This document shows positions 1-9,197 of a stretch of DNA of 64,000 nucleotides, piece after piece. A program made the translations under genes and the position numbers. Below the pieces are notes generated by a model. That model searched no databases. It was given only the letters and a program-made list of their open reading frames with translations, and was not told the DNA's origin. The stretch's first letter is position 1. The number at the start of each line of letters is the position of its first letter. Source of the DNA: Thermoanaerobaculum sp. (GTDB lineage Bacteria; Acidobacteriota; Thermoanaerobaculia; Multivoradales; UBA5704); the NCBI GenBank assembly GCA_021154885.1, contig JAJKHS010000041.1, positions 66,441 to 130,440 of the forward strand, written 5' to 3'.

Positions 1-167
1 AGGCTCGGGGATTGGACTTTACCCTCGCCGGCATGCCCGCTCCGGCGCCGCGGGGGGAGAAGCCGCGGACTGAGAAGCCGCGGGTGCCCAAGGCGACCAA
101 GGAGCGCGGGGCGAAGCGGGCTCGGCGGTGACGCCGGGATAGAATCAGCGTTAGGTGGAGGTTCCGA

Positions 168-359
168 ATGCAAAGAATCAAGATCGTTTACTGGGAAGAA
201 GAGGGAGGATGGCTCGGATATCTCGAGGAGTATCCGGACTACTGGACACAGGGCGAGACGCTCGACGATCTCAAAGATCACCTCAAGGATCTCTTTGAGG
301 AGATCACAGGCGGTCACATTCCGGGTATACGGAAAGTCGGCGAGCTGGTGCTCTCGTGA
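168..359 (+). CDS. hicB: HicB-like antitoxin (UPF0150 family)
   Basis: The 63-aa ORF MQRIKIVYWEEEGGWLGYLEEYPDYWTQGETLDDLKDHLKD resembles the HicB N-terminal fold. It is directly followed by a HicA-like ORF. Confidence 0.55.
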   Translation: MQRIKIVYWEEEGGWLGYLEEYPDYWTQGETLDDLKDHLKDLFEEITGGHIPGIRKVGELVLS

Positions 360-540
360 AGCGGGTGGACCTGATCCAGACGATCGAAGGGAGGGATGTG
401 TGTTGATTCGCCACGGGGGCAGGCACGACTGGTATCGCAATCCCAATACGGGTGTGTCGCAGCCGGTTCCGCGCCATCGAGAGATCAAGGACCACCTGGC
501 CAGACATATCGTCAAGATGCTCGGCAGTGATGGCCGCTAG
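356..540 (+). pseudogene. hicA: HicA-like mRNA interferase toxin, interrupted by an apparent 1-nt frameshift near 398-406
   Basis: A GTG overlaps the hicB stop codon. Frame 2 reads VKRVDLIQTIEGRDVC and stops. Frame 1 continues as VLIRHGGRHDWYRNPNTGVSQPVPRHREIKDHLARHIVKMLG, which is a typical HicA core. The frame break falls in a gtgtgt run. Confidence 0.5.
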
Positions 541-549
541 GGGAGCCAG

Positions 550-1854
550 ATGCCCCTGACTCCCACCGTCGCCATCGTCGGCCGCCCCAATGTCGGCAAG
601 TCGACGCTGTTCAATCGCCTGCTGGGTCGCCGGCAGGCCATCGTCCACGACTTGCCGGGGATCACCCGCGACCGCATCACGGGGATCGCCCACCTCTTGG
701 ACGACAGCCCCATCCAGATCGTGGACACGGGCGGACTGGTGCCGGGGGACGATCCCCTGGGGCTCAACGAGCAGGTGTTCCTGGCGGTGCAGGAGAGCGA
801 TCTCCTGCTTTTCGTAGTGGACGGCAAGCAGGGGCTGGTCTCCGCCGACGAGGAGGTGTGGTCCCATTTCCGGCGCTTCGGCAAGCCCGCGCTGCTGGTG
901 GTCAACAAGGGGGATACCCGTGAGGCGCGAAACCGGTTTCCGGAGTTCTATGCCCTGGGGATCGACCAGCAGATCCTCGTCTCGGCCGAGCACGGCGGCG
1001 GCATCGAGGAGCTGCGCGAGGCCCTGGCGCTCACCCTCCCCGAGATCCCGGACGTGCCGACGCCGGACGCGCCGCCGATCGCCATCGTGGGCCGGCCGAA
1101 CGTGGGCAAGTCGTCGCTCCTCAACAAGATCTCGGGCCTGAACCGGGCCCTGGTCTCGCCCGTGGCGGGCACGACCCGCGACCCTGTGGACACCCTCATC
1201 AATCGTGGTGACAGGTCCTACCTGCTGATCGACACCGCCGGCATCCGCCGCCGCAGCCAGGTCACCGGCGCTCCCGAGGAACTGGCGGTGATGATGGCCC
1301 GGCGGCAGATCGAGCGTGCCCAGGTCGTGGTGCTGGTCGTCGACGCCTCCCAGAGCGTGACCAGCGGCGACCTCGCCATCGCCGGCACCATCTGGGAGCT
1401 GGGGCGGGCCGCGGTGGTGGCCATCAACAAGTGGGACCTGCTGGACGACGAGGGGCGGGAGAAGCTCGAGTTTTCCTTCCAGCGGCTCGACGAGCTGCTG
1501 GCGAGCCCGGGGCGGGTCAACGTCTCGGCCCTCTCCGGCCGCGGCGTCGACAAGCTCTGGGGTCCCATCGACCGCGCCCTGGATTCCTACCACCTCAAGC
1601 TCTCGACGGGCCAGCTCAACCGCCTGTTCGAGAGGTTCATCAAGAAGGTGGCGCCCCCCTCCCTGACCGGAGCGCCCTGGAAGCTCTACTACGTCACCCA
1701 GGTCTCCTCGGCGCCGCCGACCTTCATGCTGTTCGCCAACCGGACGCTGCCGCGGAACAGCCACTACCGGCGTTATCTGGAGAACCGGCTGCGGGAGGAG
1801 CTGGGCCTGCCGGGCGTGCCGCTGCGGCTGGTGGTGCGAAGGCGGACGGAATAG
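550..1854 (+). CDS. der: Ribosome-associated GTPase Der/EngA (two tandem GTPase domains plus KH-like C-terminus)
   Basis: Two G1 motifs are present: GRPNVGKSTLFN, and a second GRPNVGKSSLLN. DTGG and NKxD motifs are also present. Length is 434 aa. Confidence 0.95.
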   Translation: MPLTPTVAIVGRPNVGKSTLFNRLLGRRQAIVHDLPGITRDRITGIAHLLDDSPIQIVDTGGLVPGDDPLGLNEQVFLAVQESDLLLFVVDGKQGLVSADEEVWSHFRRFGKPALLVVNKGDTREARNRFPEFYALGIDQQILVSAEHGGGIEELREALALTLPEIPDVPTPDAPPIAIVGRPNVGKSSLLNKISGLNRALVSPVAGTTRDPVDTLINRGDRSYLLIDTAGIRRRSQVTGAPEELAVMMARRQIERAQVVVLVVDASQSVTSGDLAIAGTIWELGRAAVVAINKWDLLDDEGREKLEFSFQRLDELLASPGRVNVSALSGRGVDKLWGPIDRALDSYHLKLSTGQLNRLFERFIKKVAPPSLTGAPWKLYYVTQVSSAPPTFMLFANRTLPRNSHYRRYLENRLREELGLPGVPLRLVVRRRTE

Positions 1855-1948
1855 CGAGACCCCCACGCCCTGTTTTCGCTTGTCGCTCCTCTTTCTTCTG
1901 GGAAGGAGGAGCGGGATGGTGGGAGCTTTCTGGTAGGATACGCGACAC

Positions 1949-2692
1949 ATGCTTCAGCGGACCGTCATCGTCGTCGCCCTGTCGGGCTCGATCCTTTTCG
2001 CCTGCGGCTGCCAGGGCAAGCCCGCCGAAGACGAGGCCTCCATTCAGAAGAGTCTGCACGACAAGGGCACCGCCAGCTTGATGGACGAAGTGGCCAAGGC
2101 GCCCGAATACCATTCGCCCGCCGACGGCCAGCTTACGGACGCGCAGGTGAAGATGTACTTCGACGTTCGCCAGCGCGAGCAGAAGATCCGCGCGGCAGCC
2201 TTCCGGAGCTTCCAGGAGAGCGGAGCCTTCGTCGACGCCCTGACGACCGTGGGCGACCACCCCGATTTCGCCGATGTCGCCGACATCGCCACTGCCGATC
2301 TGCGGGCGGCCCTGGAGCTGGGCTACAACCCCAAGGAATATCAGTGGATCAGGGAGCGGGTGCTCGAGGCCCAGATGCAGGAGACGGCCCGGGCCCTGAG
2401 CCAGCAGATCGCCGCGGGGCGCCAGCAGGTCCTGGCCCTGTTCGAGGAGCGTCGGCAGGAGACGACCGATCCGGTGGAGAAAGCGGAGATCGAGCGCCAG
2501 ATCGCAGAGCTGGGCAAGAACGCCGGGAGCGCTCCTCCAGCCGCGACCGATCCGGCCCGGGAGCTCAACGCCAGGCTCCTCGCAAAGTACAAGGACGACC
2601 TCGCGCGGCTCCAGGCCGAGGACCAGCGCATCTCCCAGGAGCGCCAGAGCCGTCCTGCCGAGGGTGGCGAGTCCCAGAGCGGTGGCCGATAA
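1949..2692 (+). CDS. Hypothetical lipoprotein/secreted protein
   Basis: The N-terminal hydrophobic segment ends in ...LFACGC. The remainder is helical and charged. Confidence 0.45.
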   Translation: MLQRTVIVVALSGSILFACGCQGKPAEDEASIQKSLHDKGTASLMDEVAKAPEYHSPADGQLTDAQVKMYFDVRQREQKIRAAAFRSFQESGAFVDALTTVGDHPDFADVADIATADLRAALELGYNPKEYQWIRERVLEAQMQETARALSQQIAAGRQQVLALFEERRQETTDPVEKAEIERQIAELGKNAGSAPPAATDPARELNARLLAKYKDDLARLQAEDQRISQERQSRPAEGGESQSGGR

Positions 2693-3872
2693 AGACGAGC
2701 GCACGCCGCAGGTCCCATCCGGCGAGCGCTGGGCTCGCCGGCTGGTCTGCTCGCGCACGGGTGTGACGGCGCCGCTCGACGAGCCCGCCTTCCTTTCGCC
2801 CGCCGGCGCGCCATGGCTGGTGGAGTACGATCTCGACCCCGGAAAGGGTGAGGCCTTCCGCCGCTCCCTGGCCAATCGCCCCTGGACTCTCTGGCGCTAT
2901 CGGGAGCTCCTCCCCGTCGCCGACTTCGACGGCCGGGTGGACCTCGGGGAGGGGGCAACCCCGATGATCCGGCTGCGCCGTTTCGCGCCGGAGGGGATCG
3001 AGCTCTGGCTCAAGGACGAGTCGGGCAACCCGACCGGCTCCTTCAAGGCCCGGGGGCTCTCCCTGGCCATCAACCGCGCCCGCGAGCTGGGAGCCCCGGG
3101 CGTGCAGCTCGCGAGCGCCGGCAACGCCGCCCTGGCCCTCACCGCCTACGCCGCCGCGGCCGGCCTGCCGGCCCGGGTGGCAATGCCCGAGGACACGCCG
3201 CGTACCATCTTTCAGCGCTGCCGGGACTACGGCGCAGAAGTTCTCTCCGGGCCGGGCACGCTGGTGGAGGCGGCGAAGCTCCTGGAGCCAATTGATCCGG
3301 GAGGGGAGCGCTACTGGACGCTCTCGACCCTGCGCGAGCCGTATCGGGTGGAGGGGAAGAAGACCATGGGCTTCGAGCTGGCCGAGCAGCTCGACTGGGA
3401 ACTGCCGGACTGGATCGTCTACCCCCTGGGCGGTGGCACCGGCATCGTGGGCATGCACAAGGCGTTCGACGAGCTTGAGCGGCTCGGCCTGATCGGGCCG
3501 CGGCGGCCGCGCTTCGTGGTGGTCCAAACGGCCGGCTGCGCGCCCATCGTACGCGCCTTCGAGCAGGGGAAGGAGGCGGCCGATCCGTGGGAGGATCCCC
3601 GGACGCGGGTCTGGGGCCTGCGGGTGCCGCGGGCGATCGGCGACTTCCTGGTCCTGCGCGCCTTGCGGGAGACGGGCGGCCGGGGCGTGGCCGTCGACGA
3701 GGACCGGCTGGCGAAAGTCGTCGACTGGATCGCCGCTCACGAGGGTCTGCGGGTGGGGCCCGAGGGCGCGGCGGCCCTGGCCGCCGTCGAGGAGCTGGAA
3801 GCCGCCGGCGCCTTCTCCCCGGGCGAGCGGGTGGTGGTCTTCCAGACCGGCGATCCCGCGAACTATGTCTGA
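2664..3872 (+). CDS. thrC: Threonine synthase (PLP-dependent fold type II); true start is probably an internal GTG around 2763-2820
   Basis: WRYRELLPV and the PLP lysine motif NPTGSFKARG are present, together with a Gly-rich loop GGGTGIVG. Confidence 0.8.
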   Translation: MASPRAVADKDERTPQVPSGERWARRLVCSRTGVTAPLDEPAFLSPAGAPWLVEYDLDPGKGEAFRRSLANRPWTLWRYRELLPVADFDGRVDLGEGATPMIRLRRFAPEGIELWLKDESGNPTGSFKARGLSLAINRARELGAPGVQLASAGNAALALTAYAAAAGLPARVAMPEDTPRTIFQRCRDYGAEVLSGPGTLVEAAKLLEPIDPGGERYWTLSTLREPYRVEGKKTMGFELAEQLDWELPDWIVYPLGGGTGIVGMHKAFDELERLGLIGPRRPRFVVVQTAGCAPIVRAFEQGKEAADPWEDPRTRVWGLRVPRAIGDFLVLRALRETGGRGVAVDEDRLAKVVDWIAAHEGLRVGPEGAAALAAVEELEAAGAFSPGERVVVFQTGDPANYV

Positions 3873-4956
3873 CCAGCCCTCCTTCCGGAGGGTGGAGGCG
3901 TTCCTCGGCGAGATCGTCGCCGCGGGCGTCGCCTCCTCCGTCGTCGGCCTGATCGCCACGGCGGAGGAGGTCGTCTGGGAAGGGACGGCTGGCGAGACCC
4001 GAGCTGGAGTGCCCACCGGGACGGCGACCCGCTTCGACTATGCCTCCCTCACCAAGCCCTTCGTGGCGACCCTGGCTCTGACGCTGGACGCCGGAGGCGT
4101 GCTGCCGCTCGCCGCGCGGATCGGCGACCTCTGGCCGCAGGCGCACCGGGCGCTCGCTCGCCATCCTCTCTCGGATCTCCTCCGGCATCGCTCGCGGCTA
4201 GCGGGTTGGACGCCGCTTTACCACCGCTGCCGCTCCGTGGACGAGGCGGTGGAGCTGATTGTCCGCGGCGGGCACGAGGGTGATCTCGTGGGCGCCCGGG
4301 TGGGTACCTACAGCGATCTTGGATATATCCTCTGGGGCCGAACCGTGGAGATCTCCACGGGGACGCCGCTCGCCGCGCTGCTCCAGACCCGCGTGCTGGA
4401 GCCCCTCGGCCTCGCGACGGTCGAGCCCACACCGGGCGACAGGCCCGGAATCGCCGAGTCCCACATGGGCACGGGCCAGGAGGTGAAGCTGGCGGCGAAG
4501 CAGGGCTTCATCATCCCCGACCTGGGCCCGCCGCCGGTGGGGATGCCCCAGGACGGCAACGGCCGGTTCCTGTTGGGTCTCGGAGGCGGCGTCTGCGGCC
4601 ACGTCGGGCTGTTCGGCGGGGCACGGGACCTCTGGCGGCTCGCCGTGGAATGGCTGGCGCCGGGACGCCTGTTGAAAGCGGAGGGTGTGGCCGCCGCGCT
4701 GGCTGGCGACGGCCCGTTCGCCCTGGGCTGGTGGCGGAGGACCCTCCGCAACAGCGCCGGGCGGGCGCTCCCGCCCACCGCTTTCGGTCACACCGGTTTC
4801 GCAGGCAACAGCTTCTGGATTGACCCGGACGGGCGCCGCGTCTTCGTGATGCTCGCCTCCCGGTGCGATCCTGCAATCGACATCAATCGCTGGCGCAGGC
4901 GTTTTCATACCCTGGCGACGGCTAGAGGGAGGGAATCCGCTGATGGATATCCGTGA
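3865..4956 (+). CDS. Serine hydrolase, beta-lactamase/transpeptidase-like family
   Basis: An S-x-x-K motif occurs as ASLTKPF near the N-terminus. Length is 363 aa. Confidence 0.65.
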   Translation: MSDQPSFRRVEAFLGEIVAAGVASSVVGLIATAEEVVWEGTAGETRAGVPTGTATRFDYASLTKPFVATLALTLDAGGVLPLAARIGDLWPQAHRALARHPLSDLLRHRSRLAGWTPLYHRCRSVDEAVELIVRGGHEGDLVGARVGTYSDLGYILWGRTVEISTGTPLAALLQTRVLEPLGLATVEPTPGDRPGIAESHMGTGQEVKLAAKQGFIIPDLGPPPVGMPQDGNGRFLLGLGGGVCGHVGLFGGARDLWRLAVEWLAPGRLLKAEGVAAALAGDGPFALGWWRRTLRNSAGRALPPTAFGHTGFAGNSFWIDPDGRRVFVMLASRCDPAIDINRWRRRFHTLATARGRESADGYP

Positions 4957-6136
4957 TCTGGTCCTGGTCGACGGGGTACGGACCCCGATGGCCGAATACA
5001 ACGGCTCGTTCGCCGAGATCTCTGCGATCGACCTCGGGGCGCACGCGGCCCGCGCCCTGTTCCAGCGGACGGGGATCGACCCGTCCGAGATCGATCACGC
5101 CGTGGTGGGCAACGCCCTCCAGACCTCGCCCGACGCGATCTACGGCGCGCGCCACGTGGCGCTCAAAGCCGGGGTGCCCAAGGAGGTCCCGGCCCTCACC
5201 GTCAACCGCCTGTGCGGCTCAGGCATCCAGTCGGTCATCTCCGGCGCGCATCTCGTCCTCAACGGCGAGGCCACGACCTGCCTGGTGGGAGGCATGGAGA
5301 ACATGTCCCAGGCGCCGCACGTCATCTGGGGAGCCCGCCGCGGCTTCAAGCTCGGCCAGGGTCAGCTCCAGGACCTCTTGATGGTGGCCCTGATGGACTC
5401 CTACTGCGGCTGCTACATGGCCCAGACGAGCAACAACCTGGCCCGGGACTTCGGCATCAGCCGCGAGGACCAGGACCGCTTCGCCATCCGCTCGCAGCAG
5501 CGGGCGGGCGAGGCCTGGGCGAGCGGCAAGTTGGCCGAGGAGGTCGTCGCCGTCGAAGTGGGGAAGGGGAAGCGGGCCAAGGTCGTGGACAAGGACGACC
5601 ACCTGCGCCCCGAGACCACGATGGCGGACCTCGCCGGCCTGCCTCCCGCGTTCGACAAGGACGGCTTCGTCACCGCCGGCAACGCCTCTGGCATCGTGGA
5701 CGGCGCGGCGATGATGATCCTCACCACGGCCGCCCATGCTGAGGAGAAAGGGTGGAAGTCCCTGGGCCGCATTCTCTCCTGGTCGGTGGTGGGCGTCGAG
5801 CCTTCGCGCATGGGCATCGGCCCGGCGCCGGCCATTCGCAAGGTACTGGAGAAGCTGGGGATCGGCCTCGGGGACGTCGACCTGTTCGAAATCAACGAGG
5901 CGTTCGCCGGCCAGATCCTGGCGGTGATCAAGGATCTGGACCTGGACGTGGACAAGCTCAACGTCAACGGCGGCGCCATCGCCTTGGGCCATCCGCTCGG
6001 AGCCACGGGCACGCGTCTGCTGATCACCCTCCTCAAGGAGCTGAACCGGCGAGGCGGCGGCCGGGGTATCGCCTCGGCCTGTATCGGCGGCGGTCAGGGG
6101 ATTGCGATGGTGGTCGAGGCCGCCGGGGCTGCATGA
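4943..6136 (+). CDS. Acetyl-CoA C-acetyltransferase (thiolase)
   Basis: The active-site region NRLCGSGIQS is present. The C-terminal stretch GGAIALGHPLGATG and the final CIGGGQG are typical of thiolase II. Confidence 0.9.
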   Translation: MDIRDLVLVDGVRTPMAEYNGSFAEISAIDLGAHAARALFQRTGIDPSEIDHAVVGNALQTSPDAIYGARHVALKAGVPKEVPALTVNRLCGSGIQSVISGAHLVLNGEATTCLVGGMENMSQAPHVIWGARRGFKLGQGQLQDLLMVALMDSYCGCYMAQTSNNLARDFGISREDQDRFAIRSQQRAGEAWASGKLAEEVVAVEVGKGKRAKVVDKDDHLRPETTMADLAGLPPAFDKDGFVTAGNASGIVDGAAMMILTTAAHAEEKGWKSLGRILSWSVVGVEPSRMGIGPAPAIRKVLEKLGIGLGDVDLFEINEAFAGQILAVIKDLDLDVDKLNVNGGAIALGHPLGATGTRLLITLLKELNRRGGGRGIASACIGGGQGIAMVVEAAGAA

Positions 6137-6897
6137 TCGACCTCGCGGGCTATCGGGTCCTGGTGACCGGCGGCAGCCGCGGCATCGGCGCCGCGTGCTG
6201 CCGCCTGTTCGCCAAGGCGGGCGCCACCGTCATGGTGCAGTACCTGGCGAGCGGCGCCAGGGCGAAGCAGGTGCTGGACGAGATCGAGCGGATCTCGTCC
6301 CAACTGCATCGTCCTCACCGGAAGGTGCACTGCGACGTCACCGACCACGATCAGATCGAGGAGCTGTTCGCCTTCGTGCGTCGGGAGTGGGGGGGCCTGG
6401 ACGGCCTCGTCAACAACGCCGGGGTGTGGATTCACGACCCGCTGGTGGACCTCGACAAGACGAAGCTCGAAGCCACGCTGGCCGTGAACGTCGTGGGCCC
6501 GTTTCTCTGCGCCCGCCAGGCGGTGCCGTTGCTCCGGGAATCGCACGATGGGAGCATCATCAACATCAGCTCCACGGCCGGGCAGCGGGGTGAAGCCTTC
6601 TACAGCCCCTACGCCGCGAGCAAGGGAGCGATGATCTCGGCCACCAAATCGTGGTCCACCGAGCTGGCCCCCCAGATTCGCGTCAATGCCGTGGCTCCCG
6701 GCTGGGTGGACACCGACATGACCGCCGAGGCTCTCTCCGGAGAAGGGAGGGCGAAGGCCCTCGCCGCCATCCCTCTCCAGCGCATCGCTACCGCGGAGGA
6801 CATCGCCGGGGCCGTCCTCTTCTTGGCCTCGCCCCTGGCGCGGCACATCACGGGGGAGATCCTCAACGTGAACGGCGGGAGCGTGCTGATTGGTTGA
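6133..6897 (+). CDS. SDR family oxidoreductase (3-oxoacyl-ACP reductase-like)
   Basis: The cofactor-binding motif TGGSRGIG is present, along with NNAG and the catalytic YSPYAASK motif. It is translationally coupled to the thiolase gene. Confidence 0.85.
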   Translation: MIDLAGYRVLVTGGSRGIGAACCRLFAKAGATVMVQYLASGARAKQVLDEIERISSQLHRPHRKVHCDVTDHDQIEELFAFVRREWGGLDGLVNNAGVWIHDPLVDLDKTKLEATLAVNVVGPFLCARQAVPLLRESHDGSIINISSTAGQRGEAFYSPYAASKGAMISATKSWSTELAPQIRVNAVAPGWVDTDMTAEALSGEGRAKALAAIPLQRIATAEDIAGAVLFLASPLARHITGEILNVNGGSVLIG

Positions 6898-6901
6898 GCT
6901 A

Positions 6902-7288
6902 CTATCCCTTTCGGTACGGCACCTTGAGATTGGACAGCATTGGATAGTGACGGCCGTTGAGGGTGATGAGCTGCGCTCGTCTGCGATCCGCAGTCGCAGC
7001 AATGAGTGCATCCGCGAGACCGGTGCCGTGAGAAGCTTGGTATTTCCGGCGCAATAGACCGCCTCGGACCGCGATCTCGTCATCGATGGGGATGACCTCG
7101 AAGGCGTGGACGAACAGATCCAGGACCTGTCTTTCCTCACCTTCCCGGACTCCCGCGTACAACTCGGCCACCGTCATGCTGGAGATCAGCAGCGGTTCGT
7201 CGAGACTTTCCAGAAAGTCGACCGCAGCGGGCAAGCCCCTCAGGTAGTCGATGAGTACATCGGTATCGACCAGAATCGGCCCCGGCAT
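6902..7288 (-). CDS. vapC: PIN-domain ribonuclease toxin VapC
   Basis: The sequence begins ILVDTDVLIDYL, which is the PIN acidic start. Length is 128 aa, directly downstream of a small antitoxin ORF. Confidence 0.75.
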   Translation of the reverse strand: MPGPILVDTDVLIDYLRGLPAAVDFLESLDEPLLISSMTVAELYAGVREGEERQVLDLFVHAFEVIPIDDEIAVRGGLLRRKYQASHGTGLADALIAATADRRRAQLITLNGRHYPMLSNLKVPYRKG

Positions 7289-7291
7289 GGG

Positions 7292-7516
7292 CTAGCGGTT
7301 CCTCTCTAGGCGTTCGTCCAACTCACTCCTAAGCTCCCGGAAGTCTGGGAGATCAGTCCGGTTCCTCCAGATGCCACGGGCCTGACTCAGCATGGATTTT
7401 CGATCCTTCGGAATAGGAGCTTCAAGGCTGTGCAGAAGGCCATGAGCGATTTCCACCCTCTCCTCCTCGGGAAGCTCGAGGGCGTCTTTCAGGAGCTGCT
7501 GAGCATTCTTGGACAT
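7292..7516 (-). CDS. Putative addiction-module antitoxin (VapB-like)
   Basis: Length is 74 aa from the internal ATG at 7516. There is a 4-nt gap to vapC. Confidence 0.55.
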   Translation of the reverse strand: MSKNAQQLLKDALELPEEERVEIAHGLLHSLEAPIPKDRKSMLSQARGIWRNRTDLPDFRELRSELDERLERNR

Positions 7517-7536
7517 GAGAGATAGTGTACTCGCGC

Positions 7537-8472
7537 TCAGCCTTTCCGCCCCTCCCTCTCCCACAGATACCCCAGGCATTTGTAGACCAGCTTCGCCGCC
7601 AGGAAATCGCTGGCCGGGTGCCCTCCGACCGGTGCCAGCTCGATGAGGTCCATGGCCACCACGGTCTTGGTGCGGAAGAGGCGGCGGAGGAGCCGAAGAG
7701 TGGGGTACCAGTGGCCGCCGCCCGGTTCGGGGGTGCCGGTGGCGGGGACGAGCGCGGGATCGAAGTAGTCGATGTCGAAGGTGAGGTAGACCTTCTCCGG
7801 CAGGGAATCCAGCATGGCGGGAAAGAGCGCCTCGGCCTGGTCGAGCTGGTGGCCCCAGAGGACCGGCATGCCGCGCTCGCGGATCAGCCGGGCCTCGGGC
7901 GCCGAGAGAGAGCGGATGCCCACCGGCAGGGTCGGAATCCCGGCGTCCACGATCCGCTTCATGACGCTGGCATGGCTGTAGGGCGTGCCCTCGAAATCCT
8001 CCCGCAGGTCCGAGTGGGCGTCGAACTGAACGACGCCGATCTCGCCGTGAACCTCTTTCGCCGCCTTGACCGGCCCCTGGCTCAGGCTGTGCTCACCCCC
8101 GAGGGTGACCAGGAACTTCCCCCGTTCCAGGTGGACCTTCGCCTCGGCCTGCAGCTCGACGAAGCCCTCCTCCATGTCGAACGCCTCGGGCAGGAAGGGC
8201 GGGAGGGTGGCGATCCCCTGGACGTGGGGCTCGCCGTCCAGCTCCTCGTCGTAGAGCTCCATGGCCTGGGAGGCGCGAAGGATGGCCGCAGGTCCCTGGG
8301 CCGTCCCCTTGCCGTACGAGGTGGTGCGCTCGAAGGGAACGGGGAGCACGGCGACACGGCTCGTTTCGTAGTCGCTCGCCGCAGCCTCGAGGAGACCGAA
8401 ATTGGTGGGCAGGTAGGGCATCGCGCCGTTGTAGCAGGATGCGTCGCGGAGTGTCAACGAGCGTCTTCCCAT
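7537..8472 (-). CDS. speB: Agmatinase/arginase family ureohydrolase
   Basis: Mn-binding motifs are present as GGEHS, DAHSD and SFDIDYFDP-like (TFDIDYFDP). The start is ambiguous between 8472 and 8421. Confidence 0.8.
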   Translation of the reverse strand: MGRRSLTLRDASCYNGAMPYLPTNFGLLEAAASDYETSRVAVLPVPFERTTSYGKGTAQGPAAILRASQAMELYDEELDGEPHVQGIATLPPFLPEAFDMEEGFVELQAEAKVHLERGKFLVTLGGEHSLSQGPVKAAKEVHGEIGVVQFDAHSDLREDFEGTPYSHASVMKRIVDAGIPTLPVGIRSLSAPEARLIRERGMPVLWGHQLDQAEALFPAMLDSLPEKVYLTFDIDYFDPALVPATGTPEPGGGHWYPTLRLLRRLFRTKTVVAMDLIELAPVGGHPASDFLAAKLVYKCLGYLWEREGRKG

Positions 8473-8493
8473 CCTATATAGTGTGATCCAGCG

Positions 8494-9186
8494 ATGACCG
8501 ATTACCTGATCCGCGAGCTGCCCGCGGGCGAGCGTCCCCGGGAGCGGCTCCTCGAGCACGGCGGGCGCACCCTCTCCGACTCGGAGCTGCTGGCCGTGCT
8601 GCTACGCACCGGCCGGGTGGGCGTCTCCGCCATCCAGCTCGCCATGGACCTGCTGCTCCAGAACGGCGGCTTGGGCGGGCTGCTGACGGCGACGCCCCAC
8701 TCGCTGCGGCGCTCCGGGATCGGTCCGGCCAAGGCTGCCGCCCTGCTGGCCGCCGTGGAGATCGGCCGCCGCCTCGCCGGGGAGCAGCTCCTGGACCGCG
8801 AGCCCCTCTCCCGTCCGCGCGACGTGGCGCGCTACCTCGCCCTGCGCTACCACACCAGCGACCAGGAGGTGATGGGCGCCCTCTTCCTCGACGCCCGCAA
8901 CCACCTGCTGGGCGAGCGCGAGATCTTTCGCGGCACGGTGAGCCGCATCTCCGTCGAGCCCCGGGAGATCCTCCGCGAGTGCCTGCAACGGGGCGCCGTG
9001 GCGGTCTACCTCTTCCATACCCACCCCAGCGGCGATCCCTCGCCCAGCGCCGAGGACCTCCTCTTCACCCGCCGCATGGAGGAGGCCGCGGAGATCGTCG
9101 GCCTTCGCCTGGCGGACCACGTCGTCCTCGGCAGCCGGGGGCGCTGGGCCTCGCTCAAGGAGCAGCGGGAAAAGGGCGCGTGGTAG
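8494..9186 (+). CDS. radC: RadC-family JAB/MPN domain protein (UPF0758)
   Basis: The N-terminal helix-hairpin-helix region includes LSDSELLAVLLRTG. The JAB motif is HTHPSGDPSPSAEDLLFT. Confidence 0.85.
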   Translation: MTDYLIRELPAGERPRERLLEHGGRTLSDSELLAVLLRTGRVGVSAIQLAMDLLLQNGGLGGLLTATPHSLRRSGIGPAKAAALLAAVEIGRRLAGEQLLDREPLSRPRDVARYLALRYHTSDQEVMGALFLDARNHLLGEREIFRGTVSRISVEPREILRECLQRGAVAVYLFHTHPSGDPSPSAEDLLFTRRMEEAAEIVGLRLADHVVLGSRGRWASLKEQREKGAW

Positions 9187-9197
9187 CCTAACCCGCC

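Noticed and set aside
1-131. 3' end of an upstream ORF (…GEKPRTEKPRVPKATKERGAKRARR*)
   Set aside because: It is too short and featureless to assign, and the 5' part lies outside the window.
304-1950. 548-aa ORF on the minus strand
   Set aside because: It is entirely antisense to the well-supported der gene. Its translation is low-complexity and Arg/Pro/Gly-rich, which is a high-GC artefact.
2565-4188. 483-aa and 349-aa minus-strand ORFs
   Set aside because: They are antisense to thrC and the serine hydrolase gene. There are no motifs, and the composition is Arg/Pro-rich.
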